Below the pieces are notes generated by a model that saw only the letters and a program-made list of their open reading frames with translations, made no database searches and was not told where the DNA came from. A stretch of 64,000 bases of DNA from Candidatus Binatia bacterium (GTDB taxonomy: Bacteria > Desulfobacterota > Binatia > HRBIN30), in contig JBBRSP010000001.1 in NCBI GenBank assembly GCA_038245295.1, positions 352,001 to 416,000 of the forward strand. The letters are read 5' to 3'. The translations under genes and the position numbers were made by a program. Of this stretch, positions 1 through 9,069 are shown one piece after another; the stretch's first letter is position 1; each line of letters starts with the position of its first letter.

Positions 1-1418
1 GGTTTCACCGGCGCTACGACGACACGCTCCAGGCCTGTTTCCTGCCACAGCTCGTCGAAGGAATTGCGTAGGTAGTCGGCGAGATCCCAAACATCGCCGA
101 CGCGATCGCTGTCGGCATTGATGCCGATGGTGATCTGATCGGCATAACTCATGATGGCAAACCCAAGCCCGATCCCGACCGCCAGCGGCACCAGCGGCAC
201 CGCCAACTGCAGCGGCTGACCAAGGATGTAGCGTGTTTCGCGCGGCCCCGGCACGTTGGTACAGACGGTGTTCACCGGAGAAACAGAAGCCTGCAACTGG
301 GCGAGCGGTTTCTGCAGCATTGGTGGCATGAGGTCGGTGAGGCCGACGATACGCTCCATCTGGCCGGCCTGACCGCTGGCTTTCAGAAGGTCCATGGCGG
401 CGGATACCTGACGCAGACGCTCGAGCGGGTCGTGGATGCCGATCGGCAACGGGGCGACCATCATCGAGACGCGGTTGCCGAGTTTGACACTGTCATGTTC
501 GCTACGGACGTTCACCGGCACCATAGCCTTGAGTTCGGTGCGCTCGACATTCTGCCCGTGCTCGCGCAAGTACTGCCTCAAGCCGCCAGAAATGATGGCC
601 AGGATGACGTCGTTGAGCGTACCCCCCAGGCGATTCTTGATCGCCTTGATCTCGTTCAAGGAGAACCGTGCCCAAGCCAGGGATCGGTGCGGTCCGATCG
701 TACCATTGAACAGAGTCGGCGGCGGGGCGGCGCTGAGAGTGCGGACGAGTGTTCCGACGGCATCGAGCGTCAGTCGTGCTTGCTCGAGGGCCTTCTCCGG
801 CTTGGACAGAAGGCGCAGGGCACTGCTCGCCAGATTGGCCTGAGAACGGACGACGTCGACCAGACCATCGAGTGTCTGCGAGACGACCGACGGCGGCTCC
901 TCGGTCTCGTCGCCGACGTCGTCGGGCAAGTGCGGACGCGGCGAGTTTGGCGAGGGGTCCATCAAAATGTTCATGAGCTCGACGCCCGACGCGCCATCGA
1001 TCATGCAGTGATGCGTTTTGGCGATCATCGCACAGCCGCGGCCGTAGCCTTCCACGAGATGCATTTCCCACAGCGGGCGGCTGCGATCGAGTGGTTCGGT
1101 GAACAGCTTGGCGCACAAGGCGGCCAAGGCCCTGTCGTCGTTGCCGTGGCGTAGGCGGTGGTGCACGACGTGGTAACGAATGTCGAAATCCGGGTCGTTT
1201 TCCCAGGTTGGATGGGCCAGGTTGAGCGGCACGGTCGAGATACGCTGGGTGTAGCGCGGAATCAGCGGCAAACGCGATTCGACGTCGGCGACCAACGCCT
1301 CGTAGTCGAGCGGCGCAGCGAACGTATAGATTCCGGCCACATGCATCAAAGCATTCGGCTGTTCGAGGTAAAGGAAGCTCGCGTCAAGCGAGGTCATCCG
1401 GCGTGAAAGCTCCGCCAT
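1..1418 (-). CDS. Wax ester synthase/diacylglycerol acyltransferase (WS/DGAT family), 3'-truncated by the window edge
   Basis: Manual minus-strand translation gives MAELSRRMTSLDASFLYLEQPNALMHVAG..., the catalytic motif KTHHCMIDGASG near 990-1020, and NTVCTNVPGP near 250-280. It is absent from the ORF track because it has no stop in the window. Alternative ATG at 1427. Confidence 0.88.
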   Translation of the reverse strand, partial: MAELSRRMTSLDASFLYLEQPNALMHVAGIYTFAAPLDYEALVADVESRLPLIPRYTQRISTVPLNLAHPTWENDPDFDIRYHVVHHRLRHGNDDRALAALCAKLFTEPLDRSRPLWEMHLVEGYGRGCAMIAKTHHCMIDGASGVELMNILMDPSPNSPRPHLPDDVGDETEEPPSVVSQTLDGLVDVVRSQANLASSALRLLSKPEKALEQARLTLDAVGTLVRTLSAAPPPTLFNGTIGPHRSLAWARFSLNEIKAIKNRLGGTLNDVILAIISGGLRQYLREHGQNVERTELKAMVPVNVRSEHDSVKLGNRVSMMVAPLPIGIHDPLERLRQVSAAMDLLKASGQAGQMERIVGLTDLMPPMLQKPLAQLQASVSPVNTVCTNVPGPRETRYILGQPLQLAVPLVPLAVGIGLGFAIMSYADQITIGINADSDRVGDVWDLADYLRNSFDELWQETGLERVVVAPVK

Positions 1419-1518
1419 GATCGGCATCCCCCTGGTGAGATTGAGGCGTTGAACCGCGCGTCACCGCCCGTCGTTCGGGCAAGGGGCTACCTTGCTCTAC
1501 GCAACGGTGGTCGTCTGG

Positions 1519-1722
1519 CTACTTGTCGAGAACGAACGTCACGAGGAGCGTGGCGCGATACTCGACGATCTTTCCTTTTTCGATGTGAGCGTTCTCTTTC
1601 ATCACCTCGAGGCCGGTGATGCCGCGCAAGGTCTTGTTGGCGCGTTCGAGGGCGTTACGGACGGCGTCTTCCCAGCTGTGGGCCGAAGCGCCGATGATTT
1701 GCGTTTGTCGTGCAACTGCCAT
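1519..1722 (-). CDS. Dodecin family protein (copy 2)
   Basis: 67 aa, IIGASAHSWEDAVRNALERANKTLRGI...GKIVEYR..L.VTF; GGAG RBS-like motif upstream. Confidence 0.85.
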   Translation of the reverse strand: MAVARQTQIIGASAHSWEDAVRNALERANKTLRGITGLEVMKENAHIEKGKIVEYRATLLVTFVLDK

Positions 1723-1737
1723 GATCCTGTCCTCCGG

Positions 1738-1938
1738 CTATTCCAGAATGAAGACGATCTTCATGTCGACGCGGTATTCGACGATTTTGCCGCGTTCTAC
1801 TTTCACTCGCTTCTCGAGAACCTCGAGCCCCGTTATTCCCCGCAGCGTCTTTACAGCTCGCGAGATGCCTTCGATGACAGCTTCTTGGAATCCTTCGGGC
1901 GACGAGGCTCGAATTTCGGTTACACGCGCGACAGCCAT
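1738..1938 (-). CDS. Dodecin family protein (copy 1)
   Basis: 66 aa from ATG 1938 preceded by AGGAGGTG: MAVARVTEIRASSPEGFQEAVIEGISRAVKTLRGITGLEV...GKIVEYRVDMKIVF. Confidence 0.85.
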   Translation of the reverse strand: MAVARVTEIRASSPEGFQEAVIEGISRAVKTLRGITGLEVLEKRVKVERGKIVEYRVDMKIVFILE

Positions 1939-1990
1939 GATCACCTCCTGGTGATGTCTTCGTCTTACTCCGGTCTGCGCGCGTGGTGCA

Positions 1991-2030
1991 ATACGTCCAA
2001 TAGGTCCTATGTGACCCATAGGACCTATTG
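1991..2030. repeat. 9-bp tandem repeat (ATAGGWCCY-like x4) that also forms a perfect 14-bp inverted repeat
   Basis: atacgtcca-ataggtcct-atgtgaccc-ataggacct; caataggtcctatg (1998-2011) pairs with cataggacctattg (2017-2030). Confidence 0.8.
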
Positions 2031-2116
2031 CCCCGCCGCTCAGCTGCATGCGAACCGCTGCATTGACGCCGACGCGCCTGCCCCATAGACGCAGTGGGCA
2101 AACGAAAGGAGCTTCC

Positions 2117-2776
2117 ATGCACAACAAATTCATTACCCTTACGCCGGAGTTGTATGAGTACGTCGTCGAACATTCCAGCCGCCGCGATCCGGTGTTCGAT
2201 GCACTCAAGGCCGAAACCGAAGAGAAGCTGGGCCCCGTGAGTATGATGCAGATCGCCGCCGAGCAGGGCGCCTTCATGACCATGCTGACGCGCCTCATTG
2301 GGGCGCGCTCGGCGATCGAGATCGGCACCTTCACCGGTTACAGCGCGCTGGCGGTGGCCAAGGGGCTGCCCGACGATGGTAAGCTCATTTGTTGCGATAT
2401 CAGCGAAGAGTGGACGGCCCTCGGTCGCCGCGCTTGGGAGCGTGCCGGTGTGGCCAAGAAGATCGACCTACGCCTGGCGCCGGCGCTCGATACGTTGCGC
2501 TCGCTGGCGAAGACCGAGCAGTTCGACATGGCCTTCATCGACGCAGACAAAGGCAACTACGATGCCTACTTCGAAGAGCTGCTGCCGCGCATGCGCCGCA
2601 ACGCCGTCATCCTGTTCGACAACGTGCTGTGGAGCGGCACCGTTGCCGATGCGTCAAATACGTCGGACGACACTGTCGCCTTGCGCGCTCTCAACGACAA
2701 GCTGGCCAAGGACGAGCGCGTCGAGGTGGTCATGCTGCCGATTGCCGATGGGCTGACGTTGGTGCGAAAGAAATAG
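2117..2776 (+). CDS. SAM-dependent O-methyltransferase (caffeoyl-CoA/COMT-like)
   Basis: EIGTFTGYSAL, FDMAFIDADK, ILFDNVLWSG and LPIADGLTL motifs; AAGGAG RBS before ATG 2117. Confidence 0.92.
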   Translation: MHNKFITLTPELYEYVVEHSSRRDPVFDALKAETEEKLGPVSMMQIAAEQGAFMTMLTRLIGARSAIEIGTFTGYSALAVAKGLPDDGKLICCDISEEWTALGRRAWERAGVAKKIDLRLAPALDTLRSLAKTEQFDMAFIDADKGNYDAYFEELLPRMRRNAVILFDNVLWSGTVADASNTSDDTVALRALNDKLAKDERVEVVMLPIADGLTLVRKK

Positions 2777-2900
2777 GGCCAGTGGCGAGTCCGACCAGAA
2801 CGGTCGTGCTACCTGGTGCGGACCACTTCTATCGGAGGGCTCGAGCCGGAGAGTGCTGTCGCGGTTCGGCAGTTCTGCTGTTGGGCGCGCCCCTCGCGAG

Positions 2901-3293
2901 TTCCACCACGAAGAGCACGACGCGGGCTTTGCCGGCAACCCAACCGAGAGGCCGCTTGCCACGGATGAATGGGATGAACACAGATGGCTTGCCAACGGCC
3001 AGGCGCGCACCGTAGGCCCAAAGGGCCTGCATCTGTGTTCATCGGTGTTCATCCGTGGCAAGGAACCGCACGCTGGTTTCAAGCTCGCCAGATCATCGCG
3101 CGCCGCGACGAATTCCAACATAAGGAATACGAAGGTTACCGGAGCGACGCACCCGTCAACTCTCCCCCGGGGTCTCCATTCGTGTGAGCAACGCTGGATG
3201 CACGTCCGTGGCGTGAGAGGCGATCTTCGTGCCCTTCGCGCTCTTCGTGGTGAAACAGTCCCTGCGGCTAGTGGGGTGGACCCGCGGTCCACT
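2901..3293. repeat. Intergenic cluster of nested REP-like inverted repeats built from 9-mer units
   Basis: 2955-2986 pairs with 3030-3062 (cttgccacggatgaa...gatgaacacagatg). caccacgaagagc near 2904 pairs with gctcttcgtggtg near 3240-3252. Small palindrome gtggacccgcggtccac near 3276-3292. Confidence 0.75.
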
Positions 3294-3348
3294 TCCGTGC
3301 AATCGAAGTGGGTAGGCAACAAAGAGCGATCGTTGTAGATGCGGCCGC

Positions 3349-5343
3349 ATGATCTCGACGCATCACTCGGTATGTCCGCTCGATTGTCCCGATACCTGCA
3401 GCCTCAACGTCACGGTTGAGGACGGGCGCGTCACCAAGGTCGATGCCTCGGCGCGCAATCCGTTTACCGATGGATACATCTGCGCCAAGGTGCGCCGTTA
3501 TCCGGAGTATATGTACTCACCACTGCGTATCCTGCAGCCGATGAAGCGGACCGGCGCCAAGGGGGACGGCGAGTTCCAGCCCATCTCGTGGGACGCGGCG
3601 CTGACGCTGATCGCGGAGAAGTGGCGCGCAATTATCGCGCAGGACGGTGCCGAGGCCATCTTGCCGTATCATTATGGCGGCTCGTCCGGCGTGCTCGGCG
3701 AAGACGCGATGGATGCGCGTTTCTTCCAGCGGCTGGGCGCTTCGGAGCTTCTGAAGACGATCTGTGCTGCTCCGACGGGCGCCGTCAGTCGACTCATGTA
3801 CGGCCCGATGTTCGGCGTACCACTCGAGGATTACGTCCACGCCAAGACGATTCTCTTGTGGGGCGTAAACCCGTCGGCGACCAACATTCACCTGATGCCG
3901 ATTCTGCAGGCGGCACAGGAGCAGGGTGCATCCATCGCCGTCGTCGATCCGCGGCGCACGGCGACGGCGCGGCGGGCCGATCTGCACCTGGCGCCGAAGC
4001 CCGGCACCGACGTGGTGCTGGCCTTGTCGATGATCCACCATCTGATTCAGACCGAGCGGGTCGATCGCGACTTCATCGCCGAGCATGTGGCGGGCTTCGA
4101 CGCGTTGTCAAAAGTTGCCGCGCAGTACCCGATAACGACGGCGGCAAGCATCTGTGATGTCGACGCCCGTGATATCGAAGCGCTCGTCGACGCTTACGCT
4201 GCGGCCTCACCGGCGGTGGTGCGCTGCGGCTGGGGTGTCGAACGCAACCGCAATGGCGGCAATGCCGTGCGCGCTGTGTTGGCATTGCCCGCGGTGGCGG
4301 GAAAATTCGGCGTGCGTGGCGGCGGCTACACGATGAGCCTCAGCAAGGCGGCGCCGATCGATCGCGAGGCTGTGTCGCGTCCGGACCTGCGCCGGAGGCC
4401 GGTGCGGCAGATCAACATGACCCAGCTTGGGCGCGTGTTGACCGAGCTGCGCGATCCACCGATCCGGTCATTGTTCGTCTACAATGCCAATCCTGTCGCG
4501 GTGACGCCGGATCAGAATCGCATCATTCGCGGGCTGAAGCGTGACGATCTGTTCACGGTGGTGCACGATACAGTCATGACCGATACGGCACGCTACGCTG
4601 ACCTGGTCTTGCCGGCGCCCAGCATGTTGGAGCAGCCGGACCTGCATAAGGCCTACGGGCACTATCACATGCAGTATTCCGAGGCGGTGATCGCCCCGCT
4701 CGGCGAGGCGATGAGCAATCACAACCTGTTCTGCACGCTGGCGGCGGCGATGGGATTCGCCGAGCCGGAGTTCAAGGTCAGCGCCGAAGAGCTGGCGTGC
4801 CAGGCGATCGATACGGCGAGCCCGTTGTGGTCGGCGGCATCGCCGGACGACCTCCTACGCGACGGGATCAGCACTCCATCACTGTTGCGTCAGGGGGTCG
4901 TGCAGTTCGGCAATGTCTTCCCGGCAACGGCGAGTGGCCGCGTCGAGCTGATGGCGGGGGAGATGGGGCCGATTACCTACGAGACCTCGTCGGGCAAGTT
5001 CCCGCTGACGCTGCTCAGTCCGGCCTCGAGCAAGACCATCAACTCGATCTTCGGCGAGTTCCTACTGCGTGACCCGCGCGTATCCCTAAACACCGCCGAT
5101 GCGGCGGCGCGCGGCATCAACGAAGGTGACCTCGTGCGGGTACATAACGAGCTGGGTGAGGTGCATGTGCGTGCCTCCGTCGGCGACACAATTCGGACGG
5201 GCGTCGCGTCGATTCCTAAAGGCATGTGGTGCGCCAGCAGCCGCAACGGGTCGTCGGTCACAGCGCTTGTGCCGGATCATCTCACCGACATCGGTGACGG
5301 CGCGTGCTTCAACGACGCGCGTGTCGAGGTGGAGCGTTTGTAA
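3349..5343 (+). CDS. Molybdopterin-dependent oxidoreductase (DMSO reductase superfamily, N-terminal 4Fe-4S site)
   Basis: CPLDCPDTC...YICAK Fe-S motif, LWGVNP, MTDTARYADLVLPA and a C-terminal molybdopterin dinucleotide-binding domain; no Tat signal. Confidence 0.9.
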   Translation: MISTHHSVCPLDCPDTCSLNVTVEDGRVTKVDASARNPFTDGYICAKVRRYPEYMYSPLRILQPMKRTGAKGDGEFQPISWDAALTLIAEKWRAIIAQDGAEAILPYHYGGSSGVLGEDAMDARFFQRLGASELLKTICAAPTGAVSRLMYGPMFGVPLEDYVHAKTILLWGVNPSATNIHLMPILQAAQEQGASIAVVDPRRTATARRADLHLAPKPGTDVVLALSMIHHLIQTERVDRDFIAEHVAGFDALSKVAAQYPITTAASICDVDARDIEALVDAYAAASPAVVRCGWGVERNRNGGNAVRAVLALPAVAGKFGVRGGGYTMSLSKAAPIDREAVSRPDLRRRPVRQINMTQLGRVLTELRDPPIRSLFVYNANPVAVTPDQNRIIRGLKRDDLFTVVHDTVMTDTARYADLVLPAPSMLEQPDLHKAYGHYHMQYSEAVIAPLGEAMSNHNLFCTLAAAMGFAEPEFKVSAEELACQAIDTASPLWSAASPDDLLRDGISTPSLLRQGVVQFGNVFPATASGRVELMAGEMGPITYETSSGKFPLTLLSPASSKTINSIFGEFLLRDPRVSLNTADAAARGINEGDLVRVHNELGEVHVRASVGDTIRTGVASIPKGMWCASSRNGSSVTALVPDHLTDIGDGACFNDARVEVERL

Positions 5344-5380
5344 CCCTCGCCTCCGCCCGTGTTCCGAACCGAGGCGAGGG
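5344..5380. terminator. Hairpin between convergent genes
   Basis: ccctcgcctc (5344-5353) / gaggcgaggg (5371-5380) directly after the stop codon; no clear U-tract. Confidence 0.4.
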
Positions 5381-5405
5381 CAGGGGCACCGGCGGGGGCG
5401 CGGGT

Positions 5406-6473
5406 TTAACGCAAAGCCCCCCGACCGGCGATTACCGGCATGTGCAGCCAGCTCTTCAGCCCCGGCGTAGCGGCGCAGACATGCGGGATCGCGTTGACGA
5501 GACGCATTGCCGTACCGACGCAGCCGTCGATGTTGTGATCCGGGCTGTTGTAGCCGACATGCAGGTCGCACTTGAGTGCCGGCATACCCTCGATGATGAC
5601 GCGGTAGTTGCCCGGCCCGACACCTTGCGGCCAATGCGGCGCGATGTCGTCGCGCAAGCGTGTCACGTGCTCGACGACGATACGCGGCTCACCCTTGATC
5701 ATGCCGCGCACTTCGAAACGCAGGCCGGCAACGGTGCCCTTCTCGATATGGCCGCACGAAATGTCGAACGACTCGGGTGCCACTTCCTGCTCGTGGAGCT
5801 GGGTGATTTCGTCGAGCTCGACACCGAGAGCATCGGCGACCATCCGCACCGAAGATCCCCAGGCCATGCTGAGCGCGCCGGGGATGAGCAGGGGGCACAT
5901 GGTTCCCGGCGGCTTGGCGAAGCCCATGACTTCGAAGAGTGTCTCGGGCTGGTCGTACGTCGCGTAGTTGAAGATCTCCTGCGAGCGGATCGAATCGATG
6001 CGCTCGGACAAGCTCGACAGCATGATCGGCAGAGCGTCGGTCGAGAAGCCCGGGTCGATGCCGGAGCAGTAGAACGACGAGCCGCCTTTCTGGCAGGCGG
6101 CCTCGATCTGCTCGGCGAAGGCGGGGATGACGTGCCAGGGGTGGATGAACGGAACGAATGAGCTGGTGACCAGATTCTTGCCCGACTCGAGGATGCGTAC
6201 CATGTCATCAATTGCATCGCCGAGGCGGAAGTCGGTGGCCGCGGCGTAGGAGACGCAGTCGGCGTCGAGCTTCAAGATGGCCTCGGCGGCGGTGGTCGCT
6301 TTGATACCGGTGAGGCCGATGCCGCACAGCTCGCCGGCATCTTTGCCGGCCTTCGCCGGGCTACTGACCAGCAGCCCGACGAGTTGCATATCCGGATGCT
6401 GCGCGATGCCGCGCAAGGCGTGTTTGCCGACGTGTCCTGTGGCCCACTGGATGACGCGTAGTTTCTTCTTCAA
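5406..6473 (-). CDS. DapB-like NAD(P)-dependent oxidoreductase (2,4-diaminopentanoate/amine dehydrogenase-like family)
   Basis: RVIQWATGHVG Rossmann motif, GIDPGF, TAMRLVNAIPHVCAA; TTG start with GAGGAG RBS. Confidence 0.8.
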   Translation of the reverse strand: MKKKLRVIQWATGHVGKHALRGIAQHPDMQLVGLLVSSPAKAGKDAGELCGIGLTGIKATTAAEAILKLDADCVSYAAATDFRLGDAIDDMVRILESGKNLVTSSFVPFIHPWHVIPAFAEQIEAACQKGGSSFYCSGIDPGFSTDALPIMLSSLSERIDSIRSQEIFNYATYDQPETLFEVMGFAKPPGTMCPLLIPGALSMAWGSSVRMVADALGVELDEITQLHEQEVAPESFDISCGHIEKGTVAGLRFEVRGMIKGEPRIVVEHVTRLRDDIAPHWPQGVGPGNYRVIIEGMPALKCDLHVGYNSPDHNIDGCVGTAMRLVNAIPHVCAATPGLKSWLHMPVIAGRGALR

Positions 6474-6513
6474 GACAATTTCTCCTCTATCGTGCGGTCG
6501 ATTCTATTCGCGA

Positions 6514-6705
6514 CCGTCATCCCGGCGAAGGAGACTGTCGATTCTGTCTGCTTCATCGTTTGAAACGGCGCAAACACCTCTGTCATACCGGCGAAAGCCG
6601 GTATCTCCCCGCCTTTCGAGGCTCCCAGCACTGGGTGATCCCGGTTTTCACCGGGATGACGTTGCTCCACTTTGATTTTACCACAGTCTCTTTCGTCGGG
6701 ACGAG
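6514..6705. repeat. Composite CGTC-type REP-like palindromic element, copy A
   Basis: Inner pair tgtcataccggcgaaagccggtatct / gatcccggttttcaccgggatgacg; outer pair cgtcatcccggcgaaggagactg / cagtctctttcgtcgggacgag. The reverse complement of 6514-6610 matches 59093-59189 at 87/97 by manual alignment. Confidence 0.85.
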
Positions 6706-6722
6706 GTGTGTCTTTCATGTGT

Positions 6723-7877
6723 TCAAGAAGCCAACGCTGAATACAAGGCCTGGATGAGACGACGGCTGCGATCGTCTCCGGTAAGGCGCATTTGCATTTG
6801 ATTCATCACATACGCGAAGGCGATGCCGCTGTCGGGATCGGCGAAGGCCACCGAGCCGCCGGCGCCGGGGTGGCCGAAACAGTTGGGCGGGCAATCGACG
6901 CCGAGTGCCGGCGGTAACATGAAGCCGAGACCGAAACGGGTCGGCAGGATGATCGTTGCATCGGGTCCGTCCGACTGCACTTCGCGGGCGCGGTCTACGG
7001 TCTCGGGGCGTAACAAGCGCACACCGTCTACTTCACCGATGATGCTGGCGTACAATTTGGCGAGCGACCGCGCTGTGCCAATGCCGTTGGAAGAGGGTAG
7101 CTCCGCGGCATGCACCGCGCGCGTGTTCCAGATGTCGCCGTAGGTCAGATCACCCGGGCCGTTGAGGGCGCGGTACAAGAAGGTTCCCGGACCCATGAAG
7201 CGATCGCGTAGCTCGATCTCGACGGGATCGGTCGGTGGCGCCGCGGCATAGAGAGTCGCCACGTGGGATTCGAGCTGTTCGGGCAAGCCAATGTAGAAGT
7301 CGAGGCCTAGCGGTTCGCCGATGTCACGGCGAAAGAAGGCGCCGGGCGAAAGACCCGTGACACGTCGGATGATCTCGCCGCACAACCAGCCGTATGTCCG
7401 TAAATGATAGCCGTGTTGGCTGTTGGGCTCCCAGGTTGGTGCCTGCTGCTGCAACGCTTCGATCACCGGTGTCCAGGCGAGGACCTCTTCCAGCGTCAGA
7501 TCCTTCTCAACGACCGGCACGCCAGCGCGGTGGCTGAGGACCCAGCGTACCGGGATCGACTTCTTTCCAGCGGTCGCGAACTCGGGCCAGTAGCGTGTCA
7601 CGGGTGCGTCGAGATCGATGAGCCCGCGTTCGATGAGTCGATGCATGCAGATGGCTGTCACACCCTTGGTGGCCGAGAACACCAGCGTCATCGTGTTGTC
7701 TTGCCAAGGTCGTGCCGCTGCCTTGTCGGCGAAACCGGCCCAGATGTCGACGATCGGCTTGCCGTGGCGGTAGATGGCGCACGCGGCGCCGACTTCGCCC
7801 TGGTCGTCGAAGTTGCTGCGAAACGCCTCGGCGATGGCCTCGAAGCCGCGACTCACTGTTCCATGGATGTCCGGCAC
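6723..7877 (-). CDS. Serine hydrolase, beta-lactamase family (EstA/class C-like esterase)
   Basis: FSATK (SxxK), LSHRAG, GYH and FGHPGAGGS motifs. GTG 7877 follows AAGAAGGA; the ORF extends to 7913. Confidence 0.88.
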   Translation of the reverse strand: MPDIHGTVSRGFEAIAEAFRSNFDDQGEVGAACAIYRHGKPIVDIWAGFADKAAARPWQDNTMTLVFSATKGVTAICMHRLIERGLIDLDAPVTRYWPEFATAGKKSIPVRWVLSHRAGVPVVEKDLTLEEVLAWTPVIEALQQQAPTWEPNSQHGYHLRTYGWLCGEIIRRVTGLSPGAFFRRDIGEPLGLDFYIGLPEQLESHVATLYAAAPPTDPVEIELRDRFMGPGTFLYRALNGPGDLTYGDIWNTRAVHAAELPSSNGIGTARSLAKLYASIIGEVDGVRLLRPETVDRAREVQSDGPDATIILPTRFGLGFMLPPALGVDCPPNCFGHPGAGGSVAFADPDSGIAFAYVMNQMQMRLTGDDRSRRLIQALYSALAS

Positions 7878-7935
7878 GCCGTCCTTCTTGCGGGCCTGCG
7901 GGCGCCGAGTCAATGGGCGGGGCGGTTGCGAATTC

Positions 7936-8334
7936 CTACGACGCCGACGCGAGGAACTTGGGATTGGCGACGACCAACTTCTCGATCACCGTGCGGCGCA
8001 GATGCTCGACCACTTGCTGACCCCATGGGTCGCTATCGGCGTCGCCGCGTTCAATACGTGCGCAGAGATCGGCGGTGCGCTGGCGGACGAGCCGGTTCGC
8101 CGCGGCCCGTTCGCTGGGCAATGTCTGATCGTCGTCAAGAAGTCGAGCGAGACGCTCCCACTCGGCTTGTCGCTGCGTGTCTTCGTGTTCCAGCTCGCGG
8201 CCGATGATGGCGAGAACGTTCACCGCTACCCGGGCGTGAAATTGCTTGTGGCCCTGCAGCGCCGGCACCACGTCAGTCTCCAGAAAATGCCGCACGGCGT
8301 CGAGTAGCTCGCCGACTCTCGGTCGATCTTGCAT
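7936..8334 (-). CDS. DUF6285-like protein
   Basis: MQDRP...ELLDAVRHFL...FHARVAVNVLAIIGRE...KLVVANPKFL pattern, typically found next to ACAD10-like phosphotransferases. Confidence 0.7.
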   Translation of the reverse strand: MQDRPRVGELLDAVRHFLETDVVPALQGHKQFHARVAVNVLAIIGRELEHEDTQRQAEWERLARLLDDDQTLPSERAAANRLVRQRTADLCARIERGDADSDPWGQQVVEHLRRTVIEKLVVANPKFLASAS

Positions 8335-8337
8335 GTT

Positions 8338-9069
8338 CTACCTCCCGCGAGGCCCGTAGGCCGCGCAATCTCCGCTGGCGCGTCCGTCGACGCGCGCGCA
8401 GACGAGCGAGCGTCGTGTCGCGACGGCGCCACCCATGCCGCCTTCGGAGCGAATCTCCCCGAGGCCGGGCACCAGTGTGATCGTCGTGACCAGCTCGAAG
8501 TCCCCATCTTGCCCTTGCAGGCGGCGCGAGGTGCGCAACTGCACGGCACGCTCATAGGCACCGCCGCGCCACTGACCCGCCGGCGCGGCGCTGGCGGTCG
8601 TGGTTTGCGTCACCTTCAAGGTGCCCGCCGGAATCGTGCTGCCGAGTTGTGTCATGTAGACGCTGGCGGTCGCCTGCTTCTCGCCGGCCATCAAGGGCAC
8701 CTGGAGATATGGCAACGGCGGGTCGTAGGCGAGGCGCAAGGCGCGTGTGTAGTCGTCTTCGCTGACGATCCACAACGTGTTGCCGTCGTCGTGGATCTGC
8801 ACACGTCCGGTGGCCAGGCCGTCTTCGCTGATGGTGACTTCGAAGTTGCCGTTCTTGTCGAGGGTGCTGATATGTTCGACCTGCAACGCCGACGGTTCGA
8901 AGCCCTGGCCGGTTGCCTGCTCGACGACGAACACAAAGTGATCGCGGTCGCTGTGCGGAACGAGCTCGCGCAGCGAGGTCGCCAGCGGCCTGGTGGCCGG
9001 CTTGACGTAGGCACAGCTCGACGTGGCTAGTGCCGACGCCAGGAGGATCGCCGAGAGGTACACTCTCAT
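8338..9069 (-). CDS. Hypothetical lipoprotein
   Basis: Signal peptide ending LATSSC (lipobox-like); ATGA overlap with the upstream gene. Confidence 0.6.
   Translation of the reverse strand: MRVYLSAILLASALATSSCAYVKPATRPLATSLRELVPHSDRDHFVFVVEQATGQGFEPSALQVEHISTLDKNGNFEVTISEDGLATGRVQIHDDGNTLWIVSEDDYTRALRLAYDPPLPYLQVPLMAGEKQATASVYMTQLGSTIPAGTLKVTQTTTASAAPAGQWRGGAYERAVQLRTSRRLQGQDGDFELVTTITLVPGLGEIRSEGGMGGAVATRRSLVCARVDGRASGDCAAYGPRGR

Noticed and set aside
432..1406. Plus-strand ORFs of 240, 135 and 82 aa
   Set aside because: Antisense shadows of the WS/DGAT gene, which the ORF track missed because it runs off the window edge.
2654..3350. Several ORFs across the 2.8-3.3 kb spacer
   Set aside because: Their translations (HLCSSVFIRG, LRALRALRG) are just read-outs of the 9-mer repeats; no RBS or family motif.
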